Shown here one piece after another: positions 19,596 to 28,991 of a stretch of DNA of 64,000 bases. Source of the DNA: Myxococcales bacterium (GTDB lineage Bacteria > Myxococcota_A > Polyangia > Polyangiales > DASUME01). Location: NCBI GenBank assembly GCA_047601445.1, contig JASGJH010000001.1:3616001-3680000 (forward strand), written 5' to 3'. Every line of letters begins with the position of its first letter. Position 1 is the stretch's first letter. A program made the translations under genes and the position numbers. The notes below the pieces were generated by a model. The model did no database searches. It saw nothing but the letters and a program-made list of their open reading frames with translations, and was not told the DNA's origin.

Positions 19596-21096
19596 ATGCC
19601 CACGATCGACCCTGCCAAAGGTGTGCTCGTCATTCGCGTCGTCTACGACGGCCCCGCGCTGTCCGGAAAGACCACGAGCTTGCGGGCACTGGCCAAGGGC
19701 GTGTCGCGTGACGTGGAGTGTCCAGGTGAGAAGGACGGGCGCACCCTGTACTTCGATTGGGTCGACTACGTGGGCGGCATCTTCGAGGGTCGACAAATCC
19801 GCTGCCAGATCGTGAGTGTCCCCGGTCAAAAGCAGCTAGCCAAGCGCCGCAAGTTCTTGCTAGAGAGCGCCGATGCGGTGGTATGCGTGCTCGATACGCG
19901 CGCTGGGGAGATCGAGTTCGGCCTCAATTGGCTCTCGGATCTGACCACCAGCTGCCGCAAGAAGAGTCCTCCGGTGGGGATCGTGCTCCAGGCCAACAAG
20001 CGCGACGCCATCGACGCCGTGCCGCGCGAGGAGCTGAGGACGCGCATCAACAAGGTGGCGCCCATCGCCATCGTGGAATCCGTGGCCCGCGCTTCGGACG
20101 GCATCCGCGAGGCCTTCGTGCTGGCAGTGCGCCTCGCGCTCGATCGCGTCCGCGCGCTCTCGGCCGAAGGGCGCCTGGAGAGCAGTACGTCCTACGATGA
20201 GCGTGCCCAGGATCTGCTGACCAAGCTGGAGCAGGCCGAGTCGGTGGCCGACGTCGCGCTGCCCGAGCAGGCCGCCTACGGAGAGCCCATCCCGCCCCTC
20301 ACCGAGGTCACGCCCCTCGCAGTACGCGGCCCGGGCAGCGCGGAGGACGAGCCGCTCGAGGTCGGCGAGGAACGCGTGTTCGTCCCGGATCCGATGATGC
20401 CAGGTGGGATGATTTGGCCGCCCGTCGACGGGCGCACGTTGCTCTACGAAGTGGCGGGGCTAGGCATTCGCCCGGCGCGCACGCCGCGCGGGGAATGGTG
20501 GGGTTCAGGCTCGGGCTGGCGCTTTCACTCCCAGGCCAACGCGATTCTATCGAGATCACAACCGGGCGCGCGCCGAGCTCATCGACCGCGCGCGACTACA
20601 CGCCGCCAATGCCGCCCACATCTCTCCGGGACGCGCCGTGATCCTGGCCGACGCTGGCTCCGGCAGGCTCCGGCTGTGGCAGCTGGTCCGCGTGGAGCCC
20701 GTGTTACGCGAGCGGTTGGCCGGAGCGATGGCGGCCCCCGATGCCCGAAGCGTGGCGCTCGGCTTCCTCGATGTGGCCCTGCAACTACTCACGGCGCGCG
20801 AGTGGTTCAGCAAGGGGGCCATCCAGCTGCCCTGTACGCTCTGGACGGTCGGCTCCGACCGTCCCAATCGGCCCACCTTCGTCGGGCTGATGCCGGACGG
20901 CCACTCGCCCACCTTGCCCGAGGTCGGCCCCGCGGCGCTGCTGCGACGGGAGCTCACGCCGCACCTGCGGGAGCTGCGGCGCTCGCGCGTGGACTACGCC
21001 GAGGTCTTCGCCGAAGTGGCGGCGCAAGCTTCCATCACGCGCGCCCAGGAGGACCCGGCGCGGCTCCTTGGAGCGGTCGTGCTCGAGTTCGACTAG
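19596..21096 (+). CDS. MglA-family small GTPase with long C-terminal extension (apparent +1 frameshift at ~20545)
   Basis: VVYDGPALSGKTT (G1), GRTLYFD, SVPGQ, QANKRD (G4). Deleting one T in GATTC 20543-20547 joins the 20638..21096 frame, giving ~499 aa. Confidence 0.85.
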
Positions 21097-21105
21097 AGCC
21101 GTCGC

Positions 21106-22527
21106 TCAGCGCAGTCCGTAGCGGCGCAGTCGATCGCGCAGGGTGGTGCGCGGCAGCCCGAGTACGCGCGCCGCAGCGCTCAAGTTGTGCCCGGAGGACT
21201 CCCAGGTTTCCTGAATGGTGCGGCGTTCGAGATCACGCAGCGGCTCGAGTCGGACGCCACTCTGAGTCGGTGAGCTGAACTGAGCCACCTGCACCTGGGC
21301 CGTCTTGCTCTCCGCGATGGGCTCTCGACTCTCCGCGAGCGCGGTATGACTCGGACGTTCCTGGCGATCCTTCAGCGCAGCCATCAGCTCTGCCACGCCC
21401 ACTCGCCCACCGGCCGACAACACGGCCGCCTGCTGCACCACCGCGCGCAGCTCGCGCACGTTGCCAGGCCACGCATAGGCGTGGAGCGCTTCGATGGCGC
21501 GCGGCGAAAAGTCGACCTCCACCCCATAGCGCTCCGCGAAGTCTCCCAGGAAGTGACGCGCCAGCATGTCGATGTCTTCGGAGCGGTCGCGCAGGGGCGG
21601 CGTGGTGATGGTGAAGCCGGCCAGGCGATAGTAGAGATCACTGCGTAGGCTGGAGGCCGTCCCGATCAAGTTGCGGTGCGTCGCACTGATCACGCGCGCC
21701 CGAAACGGGATGTCGCGCGAGCTGCCCACGCGCCGAAAACTGCGGGTCTCCAGGGCGCGCAGCAACTTGGGCTGCAGTGAACTCGGTAGCTCGCCGATCT
21801 CGTCGAGGAACAAGGTGCCAGAACCGGCGCTCTCGAAGAGGCCCGGGCGGCTGCCGCGCGCGCCGGTGAAGGAGCCTGCTTCGTGGCCGAACAACTCGCT
21901 CTCGAACAGGGACTCGGGGATAGCCGCGCAGTTCACGGGCACGAAGGGGCCGTCGGTCTCGCTCGTGCTGTGCACCGCCTGCGCCACCAACTCCTTGCCG
22001 GTGCCCGTCTCACCCAGGATGAGCACGGGTAGATCGCGATAGCGAGCCACGGTCCGCACCTGCTCGCGCACGGCCCGGATGGCTGGCGCCTCGCCCTTGA
22101 TGAGGTTCGAGAGCGCGGACCCGGAGGCGCGTGGCAGCTCGATCGCAGCAGGTCGCTTCCCCTCGACGACCGCGCGCAGGCGCTGGTCGAGGGTGGCCGC
22201 GCTGATCGGCTTCTCGAGCACGTCCTGAGCGCCGGCGCGCACCGCCTTGACCGCCGACGCCACGTCGAGATGAGCGGACATCAAGACCAGTGCCGACGGA
22301 ACGTTGCGCGCACTCAAGCGCTCGATCAACGACAGGCCGTCCATACCTGGCATCTGCAGGTCGACCACGATGGCTTCGCTGGGCTCGGCTTGGATGGCCT
22401 GCAACGCTTCGTCGCCGCTCCCCGCGACACGCACCGTCCAACCGCGCATCGACAACTCGCGAGCGAGCGAACGCGCGTGGAGAAGGTCGTCGTCTACAAG
22501 CAGTACGGCAGAAGACCGAGCGTGCAT
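21106..22527 (-). CDS. sigma54-dependent response regulator (NtrC family; REC-AAA+-Fis HTH)
   Basis: [65 protein letters not shown]. Confidence 0.93.
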   Translation of the reverse strand: MHARSSAVLLVDDDLLHARSLARELSMRGWTVRVAGSGDEALQAIQAEPSEAIVVDLQMPGMDGLSLIERLSARNVPSALVLMSAHLDVASAVKAVRAGAQDVLEKPISAATLDQRLRAVVEGKRPAAIELPRASGSALSNLIKGEAPAIRAVREQVRTVARYRDLPVLILGETGTGKELVAQAVHSTSETDGPFVPVNCAAIPESLFESELFGHEAGSFTGARGSRPGLFESAGSGTLFLDEIGELPSSLQPKLLRALETRSFRRVGSSRDIPFRARVISATHRNLIGTASSLRSDLYYRLAGFTITTPPLRDRSEDIDMLARHFLGDFAERYGVEVDFSPRAIEALHAYAWPGNVRELRAVVQQAAVLSAGGRVGVAELMAALKDRQERPSHTALAESREPIAESKTAQVQVAQFSSPTQSGVRLEPLRDLERRTIQETWESSGHNLSAAARVLGLPRTTLRDRLRRYGLR

Positions 22528-22834
22528 TGAAGTGTCCTTGGGGGGGCCCACAACACAACTGCACTCCTCGCACGCGAAGTCCGCTCGCCCGCGGTTCGCT
22601 GCGAAACTAGCCCCGAAAAACTCTAGCCCAAACGCGCCATGCGCTTCAACTTGTAAGTACGCCCAGCCTCGGCGCACAACAAGTCGTGGGTACGCGGCGC
22701 ACCGCACTCACTTCGCACTCGGTCGAAGTACGCCCTCGGACGCGCGAGCAAAAAGTCCGGCGAGTGCATCACCGCAAGTGCGTGGATAGTTCCGAATGGG
22801 AACGCTACGCGTCACGACGCGCGCTCCCACGCGT

Positions 22835-23152
22835 TCACGACGCGCGGTTGAACTTGTGTTGCTTGACGGACTCGACGGGACCTTCGAGCGCCTGCAGCGC
22901 GGCCGTGTCGATGCAGCTGCCCGTGAACTCGAACTCCAGATCGTGGATGGTGTTGCCACGTTGGAGTGTGAGCGTCATGCGGTTCTTGGAGAGATTGCGC
23001 GCAGCAACGTAGGAATCCATGTCGCTCATCAGGACGCCGTTAACGATCAACAAGCGATCGCCCACGCGCACACCGGCCTTCTCGGCCGGGGACCCTGGAA
23101 AGAGAACGAGGACAGGAATTCCTTCGACTTGCGTTGCGGACACGGCTACCAC
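22835..23152 (-). CDS. Stand-alone PDZ domain protein
   Basis: GIPVLVLFPGSPAEKAGVRVGDRLLIVNG..MTLTLQRG. Confidence 0.75.
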   Translation of the reverse strand: MVAVSATQVEGIPVLVLFPGSPAEKAGVRVGDRLLIVNGVLMSDMDSYVAARNLSKNRMTLTLQRGNTIHDLEFEFTGSCIDTAALQALEGPVESVKQHKFNRAS

Positions 23153-23295
23153 CCCTCGAGGCGGTAACGACGCCTCATGTAGGTGTATATAGCACCGCGT
23201 CTCCTGTTTCTTCCCCGCGTGAGCGCTGTTGTGTGCGACGCAGCACCAGGATCGCGGACCAAAATTCTAAGCGCGCGAAAGTACGAGCGTCGCGT

Positions 23296-24774
23296 TCAAC
23301 AACGCGGACGTTCCAGTAGATCCACCCAGAGATCACGCTGGAGTTGGCTCAGCAACGCTCGCGCTTCGACAACGCTCGGCAATCCAAGCTCGCGCTCCAT
23401 TCGTGTCTCGGGCTGCGCCGCCGCTACGTTGCTTGCGAGCTGGGCGATCGCTTCGCGCAAGGCTGCGTCGATGCGAGCGCGAGCCGGCTCCGCGAGCTGC
23501 GGCATGAGCCAGGCGTGTACCGCGAACGACAGCGAGGCGTGACCCAGCTCATCGTCCGCGATGGATCCCATGCTGCGCTGGACGCGCGAGTCGGCCGCGC
23601 GGACCGCCTGAAATGCACCGACCATGGCGCCGAAGGTCTCGCGCACGCAGCCCTCGACGGCGTTCTCGAGCGCGATGCTCTCGAGCGAGCGCACCGGCAG
23701 CGTGGCGAGCGCGGGCTCCGCTAGCTCGCTTGCTCCGAACGCTCGCGCCAGGGCACCGACCTGCCGTGTGTGCCGCGCCTCCTCCACGCTGGCCCGTCGT
23801 GCCGCTTCGACCAACGCCAATGGTGCGCCGTGATGCGCGAGCTCCTCCGCCAGGCGCTCGAAGGCCAGCACGCTGGCGGCCTCGAGGTACGCGCTCTGCG
23901 CCAGGAACGCCGCGCACTCGTCTCCCTTCGAAGCCGGCGTGGTGGGCGCCAAGCCTGCGGGCATACGCCCCACGCAAGCCTCACTGCGCGAGCGTTCTTC
24001 GGATGAGATCTCGCTGACCTCTCCGGTAAAGCTGACGAGCAACCAGTAGCCGGTCGTGATCATGGGCGAGCAGGTGGAGGTGAGCCTGGTGGCGTAGACC
24101 TCGTAGCCGCGCTCGTTGCGCCTCGCCTGGGTGGATTCGGCCTCGCACGAGACGTTGTAGTGCTCGGCTTGCACCAACAGCAGGGCCTCATCCACCGTGT
24201 CGATGGGCGCCAAAAACTCTCGCAGTTCCTTGGCCGTGGCCCAGCGCCGCACGTCGCCGGCCCGCGTGGTCACCACGGAGATCTCACGACAGATCTGCAG
24301 ACACTGCGGGTTGGTGAAATTCACCGGATGGCGTTCGACTTGCTTCAAACAAGTGGAGCCCGCTGGGGCAGAACTGCACGGGGTGCCGCGCTGGCTCAAG
24401 ACTTCGAACTGCGTTTGCGTCCAGTTCTCCGGGCCGCCCTGGTCGGGGATCCCGCTCGCGCTGCGCAGTGCGAGGTAGTCGACCGGCACGATGGGCTGCA
24501 AATTGGTCGCGTTAACGGGGAAATTGCTGTTTGTGTCGCACTGCACGCGCTCGGGCACCGCGATCGGCGGGGGCGCCACGCTCGGCTGCAGCGGCGGTCG
24601 CTCGGTGGGCTTGGAAGGCATGGCCTTCGGCACCATGCCGGGCGGACTGCACGCACTCATGGGCAACGCAGCGAGCAGCGCGCTCTGAAGCGCCCGGGTC
24701 CGCACCGCACGCAGCATCAGCTCCACCGGATCCTGCGCTCCATCACGCGGCACGACGTGGCCATCCTTCGCCAT
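23296..24774 (-). CDS. Myxobacterial lipoprotein with C-terminal ferritin-like domain
   Basis: MSAC lipobox-like; Cys-rich middle; CVGR; YLEAASVLAFERLAEEL..EEARH; ENAVEGCVRE; DELGH. Confidence 0.8.
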   Translation of the reverse strand: MAKDGHVVPRDGAQDPVELMLRAVRTRALQSALLAALPMSACSPPGMVPKAMPSKPTERPPLQPSVAPPPIAVPERVQCDTNSNFPVNATNLQPIVPVDYLALRSASGIPDQGGPENWTQTQFEVLSQRGTPCSSAPAGSTCLKQVERHPVNFTNPQCLQICREISVVTTRAGDVRRWATAKELREFLAPIDTVDEALLLVQAEHYNVSCEAESTQARRNERGYEVYATRLTSTCSPMITTGYWLLVSFTGEVSEISSEERSRSEACVGRMPAGLAPTTPASKGDECAAFLAQSAYLEAASVLAFERLAEELAHHGAPLALVEAARRASVEEARHTRQVGALARAFGASELAEPALATLPVRSLESIALENAVEGCVRETFGAMVGAFQAVRAADSRVQRSMGSIADDELGHASLSFAVHAWLMPQLAEPARARIDAALREAIAQLASNVAAAQPETRMERELGLPSVVEARALLSQLQRDLWVDLLERPRC

Positions 24775-24829
24775 TGGTTTCCCCCGACTTCACTTTACTG
24801 CCTGCGGTTGCGAAAGGCATGCTGGTGAG

Positions 24830-25894
24830 ATGCCACGCAAACCCACCAAGGCCTCAGGCAAGCCGCGCGCGAGCAAGGGCGAAACGCGCGAGCAGAGCCA
24901 GGACGCCCCCAAGACCAAGCCGCGCAAGCGCAAGAAGACGGTCGAGGCCAAGAGCGTCGGGCTCACGGCCGAACAGTGCGTGGTGGAGACCTCGACGCGC
25001 GAGCTCGAGCCGCTCGCAGCGCGGATCGAACAGGTCGGCGGCCACGTGTTGTGCCGCTATCGGGAGCCCCTCTCGGGTGGGTACGTGCTGTTCGCTGTCT
25101 TGCCCATCGACCAGATCGCGCCCACGCCCTTTCAGCGTGAGCTCTCGAAGACCCACGCCCAACGATTGAGCGAAGTGATCCCCAAGGTGGGCCGCTTCCT
25201 CGATCCCGTGGTGGCGGTCGCAGGTACGGTAGGCGACGCCAGCTTCATGACCCCGAACGGGATGCATCGCCTATCTGCCATGACCAGCCTCGGCGCCAAG
25301 GCCATCACCGCGCTGGTGGTACCCGAACAGGAAATCGCCTATCGCATCCTCGCGCTCAACACGGAGAAGGCCCACAACCTGCGGGACAAGGCGCTCGAAG
25401 TGGTGCGCATGGCCCATGCGCTCTCGGAGGCGGAGGCCACCTCCGAGCACCACGAGACCGAGTTCACGCTCGAGTTCGAGCAGCCTGCACTGCTGACACT
25501 CGGTCTCTGCTACGAGGAGAACGGGCGCTTCTCGGGCGGGGCCTACATGCCTGTGGTGAGTCGCTGCGAGGAGTTCCTGGATCAGCCGCTCTCCGAGACG
25601 CTGCCCATGCGCAAGGAGCGCGCGGAGAAGCTGCTCGAACTCGATCAGGCCGTGAACGAGGCGGTCAAGAAGCTGAAGGACGCTGGCTTTACGTCGGGCT
25701 ACTTGAAACCCGTGGTGGTGGCGCGCATCAACCCGCTGCGGTTCGTGAAGGCCAAGCCGGGCGAGCCCGTGCGAGGAGATTTCGACAAGACCGTGGGCCG
25801 GATGCTCGAGGGAGCGCGCAAGTTCGACGCGTCGAAGGTCAAGGCCTCGGACATCGCGCTGGCAGCCAGCATGGGGAGCGGCGAGGAGAACTGA
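24830..25894 (+). CDS. ParB/Srx N-terminal domain protein with Lys-rich N-terminus
   Basis: IDQIAPTPFQR, FLDPVVAV, TPNGMHRL, ALNTEKAHNL. Confidence 0.75.
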   Translation: MPRKPTKASGKPRASKGETREQSQDAPKTKPRKRKKTVEAKSVGLTAEQCVVETSTRELEPLAARIEQVGGHVLCRYREPLSGGYVLFAVLPIDQIAPTPFQRELSKTHAQRLSEVIPKVGRFLDPVVAVAGTVGDASFMTPNGMHRLSAMTSLGAKAITALVVPEQEIAYRILALNTEKAHNLRDKALEVVRMAHALSEAEATSEHHETEFTLEFEQPALLTLGLCYEENGRFSGGAYMPVVSRCEEFLDQPLSETLPMRKERAEKLLELDQAVNEAVKKLKDAGFTSGYLKPVVVARINPLRFVKAKPGEPVRGDFDKTVGRMLEGARKFDASKVKASDIALAASMGSGEEN

Positions 25895-25901
25895 GCCCAG
25901 C

Positions 25902-26362
25902 GCTCCCTACTCATTGATTGGTAGTCGTAGTCGTAGCCGCTCCGCAACTTCGGTTGGCACCCGCCGATAACCTTGGCGGAGGATCGAAATGCTCTACCAC
26001 GAAAAACTAGACGTCTATCAGGCCGCGATTCAGCTGACAGCTCTTTTCGTTCAGATAGGGGAGGCCCTCCCAAAGGGCTACGCGGCACTTGCAGAGCAGC
26101 TCAGACGCGCAGCGATGTCTATCCCACTCAGCATTGCGGAAGGCGTGGGCAAGCCAACTCCAGCAGAGACGGCACGATTCCATGGAATCGCGCGCGGCTT
26201 CGCCATGGAATGCGGCGCCATCCTCGACGTCATGCACATCGAGCAAGGTTCCGTCGACTCGACCAAGTCTGCCAAAGCACGCGTCGTGAGAATCGTGGAA
26301 ATGCTGAGCAGGATGTGCCGCTGAGCCCGAGCACGAGCACGACCACAAATGTGAGCGGGTAG
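25902..26362. repeat. Imperfect inverted hexamer-repeat arms flanking the four-helix-bundle gene
   Basis: Left arm GGTAGTCGTAGTCGTAGCCGCTC (~25920-25942); right arm GAGCCCGAGCACGAGCACGACCAC (~26324-26346), roughly complementary to the left. Confidence 0.6.
25989..26324 (+). CDS. Four-helix-bundle protein (23S rRNA intervening-sequence protein/bAvd-like family)
   Basis: HEKLDVYQ..LP..LAEQLRRAAMSIPLSIAEGVGK..RFHGIARG.AMEC; RBS GGAGGA; visibly more A/T-ending codons than neighbours. Confidence 0.9.
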   Translation: MLYHEKLDVYQAAIQLTALFVQIGEALPKGYAALAEQLRRAAMSIPLSIAEGVGKPTPAETARFHGIARGFAMECGAILDVMHIEQGSVDSTKSAKARVVRIVEMLSRMCR

Positions 26363-26364
26363 CC

Positions 26365-27336
26365 CTAGCGCTCGGGCCCGAAGCTCAAGTCGAGCGAGCG
26401 CGCGTGCAAGCGGCCCTCCCGCACGTGAAAGTGCAGCATGCGCTCGGCGCCAGGCTCGGCCTCGACCTCGGGACCTTCCAGCACGAGCTCGGTGCTCCCC
26501 GTGAGCTGCAGCACGCTGCCGTCCTCGAAATCCAGGAACAGCAGGCCCGCGTAGGGGTGCAGCAAGAGGTTGCCGAAGGTATTGAAGAAGTAGTTTCCGC
26601 TGTAGTCGGGGATCTTCAGCCAGTGGCCAGTTTGATCTTCTGCGACGTGCACGAAGCCACGCGGGCCGCCGCGGTGGGAGACATCCACGCCGCGGGCAGG
26701 ATCGCGGCTACCGGGCTCGTCGAACGACGCGCTGGCGATGAAGAACGTGTCCGCACGCCGCACGAGCTCCAAAGCCTGCGCGGAGAGCCGCGCGCCTTCG
26801 TGGCTCGTGGGGCCTGCATCGCTGCGGGCACGGAATTCGGCACGCCGACGGTGGATGTACTTGGGGCAGTTGCCGAAGCTCTGCTCGACCTCCAACCGAA
26901 AACCGATGCCGATCTCATGCGCGAGAACGTGTCCGTTGACGCGATTGCGACGTCGCGTCTCGAATTGGATGCCCAGCATGCCCAGCTTGGCGCCAAGCTC
27001 GAGCTGATCCGCCAGTGGGTCGCCCGCGCGCGGCTCCGCGCGGATGTCGAGCGTGGTGGCATCGGGCGTGTGCACGAAGCCGGGCTCGCCCACCAGCAGC
27101 GAAGCCCACGGACGCAACGCAGCATCGAGGCTGCCCACCACCATGAAGGGCTGTTCCTCGAAGAACTCGCGGTGCTGGTCAGGCATGCCCTCGCGCACCA
27201 CGCGCCGCCCCACCTCTCCGAGTCGTTCTGCCAGGCCGTAGCGGGCCTGCAGCGCGCGTTCCCCCGCGTGGAACGCCGGCTCGGCGTGGGACCAACCCGC
27301 GCGCGGATCAGGCTTGTCGTTCGAGGCGTTCGACAT
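26365..27336 (-). CDS. Pyridoxamine 5'-phosphate oxidase-like FMN-binding protein
   Basis: FHAGERALQ, RRRNRVNG, FGNCPKYI, DVSHRGG, PDYSGN. Confidence 0.9.
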   Translation of the reverse strand: MSNASNDKPDPRAGWSHAEPAFHAGERALQARYGLAERLGEVGRRVVREGMPDQHREFFEEQPFMVVGSLDAALRPWASLLVGEPGFVHTPDATTLDIRAEPRAGDPLADQLELGAKLGMLGIQFETRRRNRVNGHVLAHEIGIGFRLEVEQSFGNCPKYIHRRRAEFRARSDAGPTSHEGARLSAQALELVRRADTFFIASASFDEPGSRDPARGVDVSHRGGPRGFVHVAEDQTGHWLKIPDYSGNYFFNTFGNLLLHPYAGLLFLDFEDGSVLQLTGSTELVLEGPEVEAEPGAERMLHFHVREGRLHARSLDLSFGPER

Positions 27337-27961
27337 GGTGGGTCCGAGTGCCCGGCATGGGCACGAAACCGGGCAGCGCTTCGACGCGCGCGAGCCAATC
27401 GCGGAGCCGCGGGTGATCGGCCAGGGAGACCCCTCCTTCGGGCGCCCGCTTGAGGTAGCTGTACATGGCGACGTCCGCGAGGGTCGCGCGCTCGGAGGCC
27501 AAGAAGGGCTTGTGAGCAAGCTCGGCCTCCACCACCGTGAGCAGCTGCTGCGCGAGGGCGCGCGCGGGAACCTCGTCGAGGGTGCTGCGAAACAGGGCCG
27601 CACGACGCAGCGCGCCCGGACCATAGGCGAGCTGCCCGGCAGCGATGGAGAACCAGTGCTGCACTCGGGCCGCGCCCAGCGCGTCGCGGGGCAGCCACGG
27701 GCCCTCGGGATCGTAGCGAGTCACCAGGTAGACCAGGATGGCGTTGCTGTCCGAGAGCGTCAGTTCGCCGTCTTCGATGACGGGCACCTGGCCCCAGGGG
27801 TTTTTGGCCAAGAATGCGGGCTCGCGTTGCGCCCCTTTGGCCAGGTCCACATCGATGGACTCGAACGGCAAGCCCAGCAGAGAGAGCATCAGTTCCACGC
27901 GGTGTGCGTGGCCCGAGAGCGGGTGACGGTAGAGTCGGATCGGTCGAGCAGGCGTTGTCAC
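27308..27961 (-). CDS. Glutathione S-transferase
   Basis: LYRHPLSGHAHRV, NPWGQVPV, DSNAILVYL, TLADVAMY; GTG start with AAAGGA RBS. Confidence 0.92.
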   Translation of the reverse strand: MTTPARPIRLYRHPLSGHAHRVELMLSLLGLPFESIDVDLAKGAQREPAFLAKNPWGQVPVIEDGELTLSDSNAILVYLVTRYDPEGPWLPRDALGAARVQHWFSIAAGQLAYGPGALRRAALFRSTLDEVPARALAQQLLTVVEAELAHKPFLASERATLADVAMYSYLKRAPEGGVSLADHPRLRDWLARVEALPGFVPMPGTRTHHVERLERQA

Positions 27962-28036
27962 GGGCAGTCCTTTCGCATCCGAGGACAGCTTGACCGAGGC
28001 CCATCGGGCGCGGAATGGCCAGCGGACGGAACTCAC

Positions 28037-28055
28037 TATTTCAATCTGTGCAATA
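28037..28055. promoter_or_regulatory. LysR-type T-N11-A operator in divergent promoter
   Basis: TATTTCAATCTGTGCAATA (TATT..AATA dyad) between gst and lysR. Confidence 0.5.
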
Positions 28056-28064
28056 ATCGTGATC

Positions 28065-28979
28065 ATGGATCGCCTCGAAAACATGCGGGTGTTCGCCGTG
28101 GTGGCCGAAACCCGCAGCTTCGCCCGGACCGCCAAGAGGCTCGCCCTGTCCGCCCCCGCCGTGACGCGCGCGGTGCACGCGCTCGAGCAGCACGTGGGCA
28201 CGCAGCTCCTGCACCGGACCACGCGGGCCGTACGACTCACGGATGTGGGCGCGCGCTTCCTCGCGGACGTGCGGCGTATCCTGAGCGAGCTGGACGAGGC
28301 GGAGGCCACTGCGCGCGGATCCTCCACCGCTGCGGTGGGAGAGCTAGCCGTCACGGCGCCGTTGATGTTCGGGCGCCTACACGTGGCCCCGGTGCTGCTC
28401 TCGTTCCTGCGTAAGGAACCGCAACTCACCTCGCGCACGCTGTTCGCCGACCAACTGGTGGACCTATTCGAGGAGCGCATCGACGTGGCGGTACGCATCG
28501 GAAGCCTGGAGGACTCCTCGCTCAAAGCCGTCAAGCTCGGCAGCCTGCGCCGGGTGCTGTGTGCCGCACCGAGCTACCTCGAGCAGCACGGTGTGCCGCG
28601 CAGCCCGGATGATCTCGCCTCCCATCGGCTGATCGCCTTCGTGGGCGTGACGTCGCACCGGCACTGGGCCTTCCGGCAAGGCGAGCGGCTCAAGAGCGTG
28701 GCGCCCAATCCGCGCATGGTCGTGAACGCGGCGGACATGGCCATCGCCGCAGCGTGCGCGGGGCACGGACTCACGCGGGTGCTCTCGTATCAGGTAGAGC
28801 AGGAAGTGCGCGCCGGGGCACTCCGCATCGTGATGCCCGAGTTCGAGCCGCTGCCGACGCCGGTACACCTGGTGCGCGCCGAGAACCCCAAGCCCCCTGC
28901 GCGCGTGCGTCTGTTCATGGACTTCGCCGTGCCGCGCTTGCGCTCGGCGCTGAGCGGCATTCAGGCGGCCTTCGCGTAG
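28065..28979 (+). CDS. LysR-family transcriptional regulator
   Basis: MDRLENMRVF..SFARTAKRL..LLHRTTRAVRLT; IDVAVRIG. Confidence 0.95.
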   Translation: MDRLENMRVFAVVAETRSFARTAKRLALSAPAVTRAVHALEQHVGTQLLHRTTRAVRLTDVGARFLADVRRILSELDEAEATARGSSTAAVGELAVTAPLMFGRLHVAPVLLSFLRKEPQLTSRTLFADQLVDLFEERIDVAVRIGSLEDSSLKAVKLGSLRRVLCAAPSYLEQHGVPRSPDDLASHRLIAFVGVTSHRHWAFRQGERLKSVAPNPRMVVNAADMAIAAACAGHGLTRVLSYQVEQEVRAGALRIVMPEFEPLPTPVHLVRAENPKPPARVRLFMDFAVPRLRSALSGIQAAFA

Positions 28980-28991
28980 GTCCGCGCGCGT

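Noticed and set aside
18735..21096. Canonical mglBA motility locus
   Set aside because: Two short divergent roadblocks and a ~500-aa GTPase with GPALSGKT differ from canonical MglB/MglA; treated as a paralogous system and no gene symbol given.
25989..26324. Diversity-generating retroelement (Avd-like gene, with an FGE/CLec-fold gene at 53.6 kb)
   Set aside because: No reverse transcriptase and no TR/VR repeat pair seen; the two genes are 27 kb apart.
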